Origin: Malacoraja senta
Lineage: Eukaryota
Assembly (NCBI GenBank): GCA_038087875.1
Contig: CM075989.1
Span: 3,224,001 to 3,288,000 of the forward strand
Length of the DNA: 64,000 nt
Reading direction: 5' to 3'
Shown: positions 62,565 through 64,000 of the stretch, piece after piece
Numbering within the stretch: position 1 is the stretch's first letter
Layout: every line of letters starts with the position of its first letter
The notes under the pieces: model-generated
What the model was told of the DNA's origin: nothing
Database searches by the model: none
The model's input: the letters and a program-made list of their open reading frames with translations, nothing else
Program-made: the position numbers and the translations under genes

Positions 62565-63020
62565 CATGCACACACACACATACACTCAAAATGTACACAT
62601 ACTCATGTTTGTACACACACACACAAACAGTGTATGCACACTTGTGAACACACACACACACTTGTGTATGCACACACATACATACACACACGTGTGCATA
62701 CACACACATGTACACACATACATACACATGTGTGTGCACACACATGTACACACACACACATGTACACACATACATACACACACACACTTCTGTGCACACA
62801 CACAGACACATACACACATTCATACACACACTTGTGTGCACACACATGTACATACACACACGTGTACGCAGACACACACTCATACACATGTACATACACA
62901 CACTTGTGCATACACACACACAGGTTGCCACATACATACACACACTTGTGAGCACACACACTTGTACATACACACACTTGTGCTCACACACACACATGTA
63001 CACACATACAAATGCATAAG
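62565..63020. repeat. Degenerate (CA)n tract
   Basis: CACACATGTA-type low complexity. Confidence 0.9.
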
Positions 63021-63337
63021 CACATGACTTTCTCCTGTTCTATTTTCACCTCTGCCCACATTTACCATCCTCACTACAAAGACAGAAAACCCAGAATGAG
63101 AACCTCCCTCACTGACACAAACATGGACCATGCTCTCCACACGACGCATTTCACAATCGTTCTGTTTAATCCTGTTTGAGCTGATGAATATTCAACCTCT
63201 GAGACCGTGATGTTCACGTCCCCACAGTTTAATATTCCTTCCACAGTTTGATTTATGCCAGTTTATTCTCAATCCTTCATCTTTACTCCAAACATATGTT
63301 TTCTTAGGTAGTCGGACTAAACAGGCTGTGTTGTATG

Positions 63338-63640
63338 TTTTTTAGTTTTTAGTTTTAGAGACACAGCACAGACCGGTCCTTCGGCCCACCGAGTCCAGGC
63401 CAACCTGCGATCCCCGCACATCAACACCACCCCACGCACACTAGGGACAGTTTACATTTATACCAAGCCAAACCTGCACGACTTTGGAGTGTGGGAGGAA
63501 ACTGGGGATCTTACAGAAAACCAACCCGGTCATGGGGATGAACGTACAAACTCCATACAGACAGCACCCATAGTCAGGTTCGAACCCGGGTCTCTGGCGC
63601 TGTAAGGCAGCAACTTTACCGCTGCGCCACCGTGCCGCCC
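63338..63640 (-). mobile_element. HE1-like V-SINE
   Basis: Full copy on the minus strand. Confidence 0.88.
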
Positions 63641-64000
63641 TCAGGTCAGATTAAGACTTTGTAATTTGCTTCTGACGTTCATGCCATTAATTCCAACAGA
63701 ATTTCAGGAGTACAGTCCATAACGTTGATGGAACTGGATTCAGTGCTCAGTGGCGCCAGCTAGGACTCTGTAAGGGTTTTATTTAGTTCCTTATTTTCAC
63801 CACCTTTACTATTTGTTTGCGCACGTGGGGTTGATTGCATAGGTCGAAACAGGGTGGACCGTGTGAAGGTTGCAACCTCCCACTGAGTGGTGCAGAGCCT
63901 GGAAAGATGCCAACACCAGCAATGGAGAGGTCATCGCAGACCCCACAGTGAAACCGCTGGGTTTTGACCTCCATCGCAAGCAATGGCTAACCCTGTACAG

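Noticed and set aside
61374..63149. Many Cys/Val-rich and His/Thr-rich ORFs
   Set aside because: Translations of degenerate (CA)n tracts.

Overview
Repeat-dense vertebrate genomic DNA, very likely from an elasmobranch (skate/ray/shark), judged from abundant HE1-type V-SINEs, CR1 (HER1-like) LINE fragments and Penelope-like elements (PLEs). No complete host gene is visible. The window has two 200-N gaps (6996-7195, 43969-44168), and 1-2491 is a near-identical inverted copy of 7196-9690 (probably a mis-oriented overlapping contig). Larger elements: a DIRS tyrosine-recombinase retroelement with intact termini (54178-58429), a young 5'-truncated L1 inside a hAT remnant, a Rex1/Babar LINE, Neptune-type PLEs, a shredded Gypsy pol, Harbinger-, P-like and hAT non-autonomous elements, and a tandem non-autonomous Helitron. 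Best observations: (1) the Helitron carries an ALG13-like first coding exon with its splice donor; (2) a 151-bp TSD-flanked insert starts exactly at G1 of a predicted HDV-like ribozyme; (3) a decayed HDV-like motif with a CPEB3-type L3 loop; (4) hammerhead-like motifs in PLE termini and fold-back mini-elements built from them. All family calls were made by eye from motifs, without database searches.
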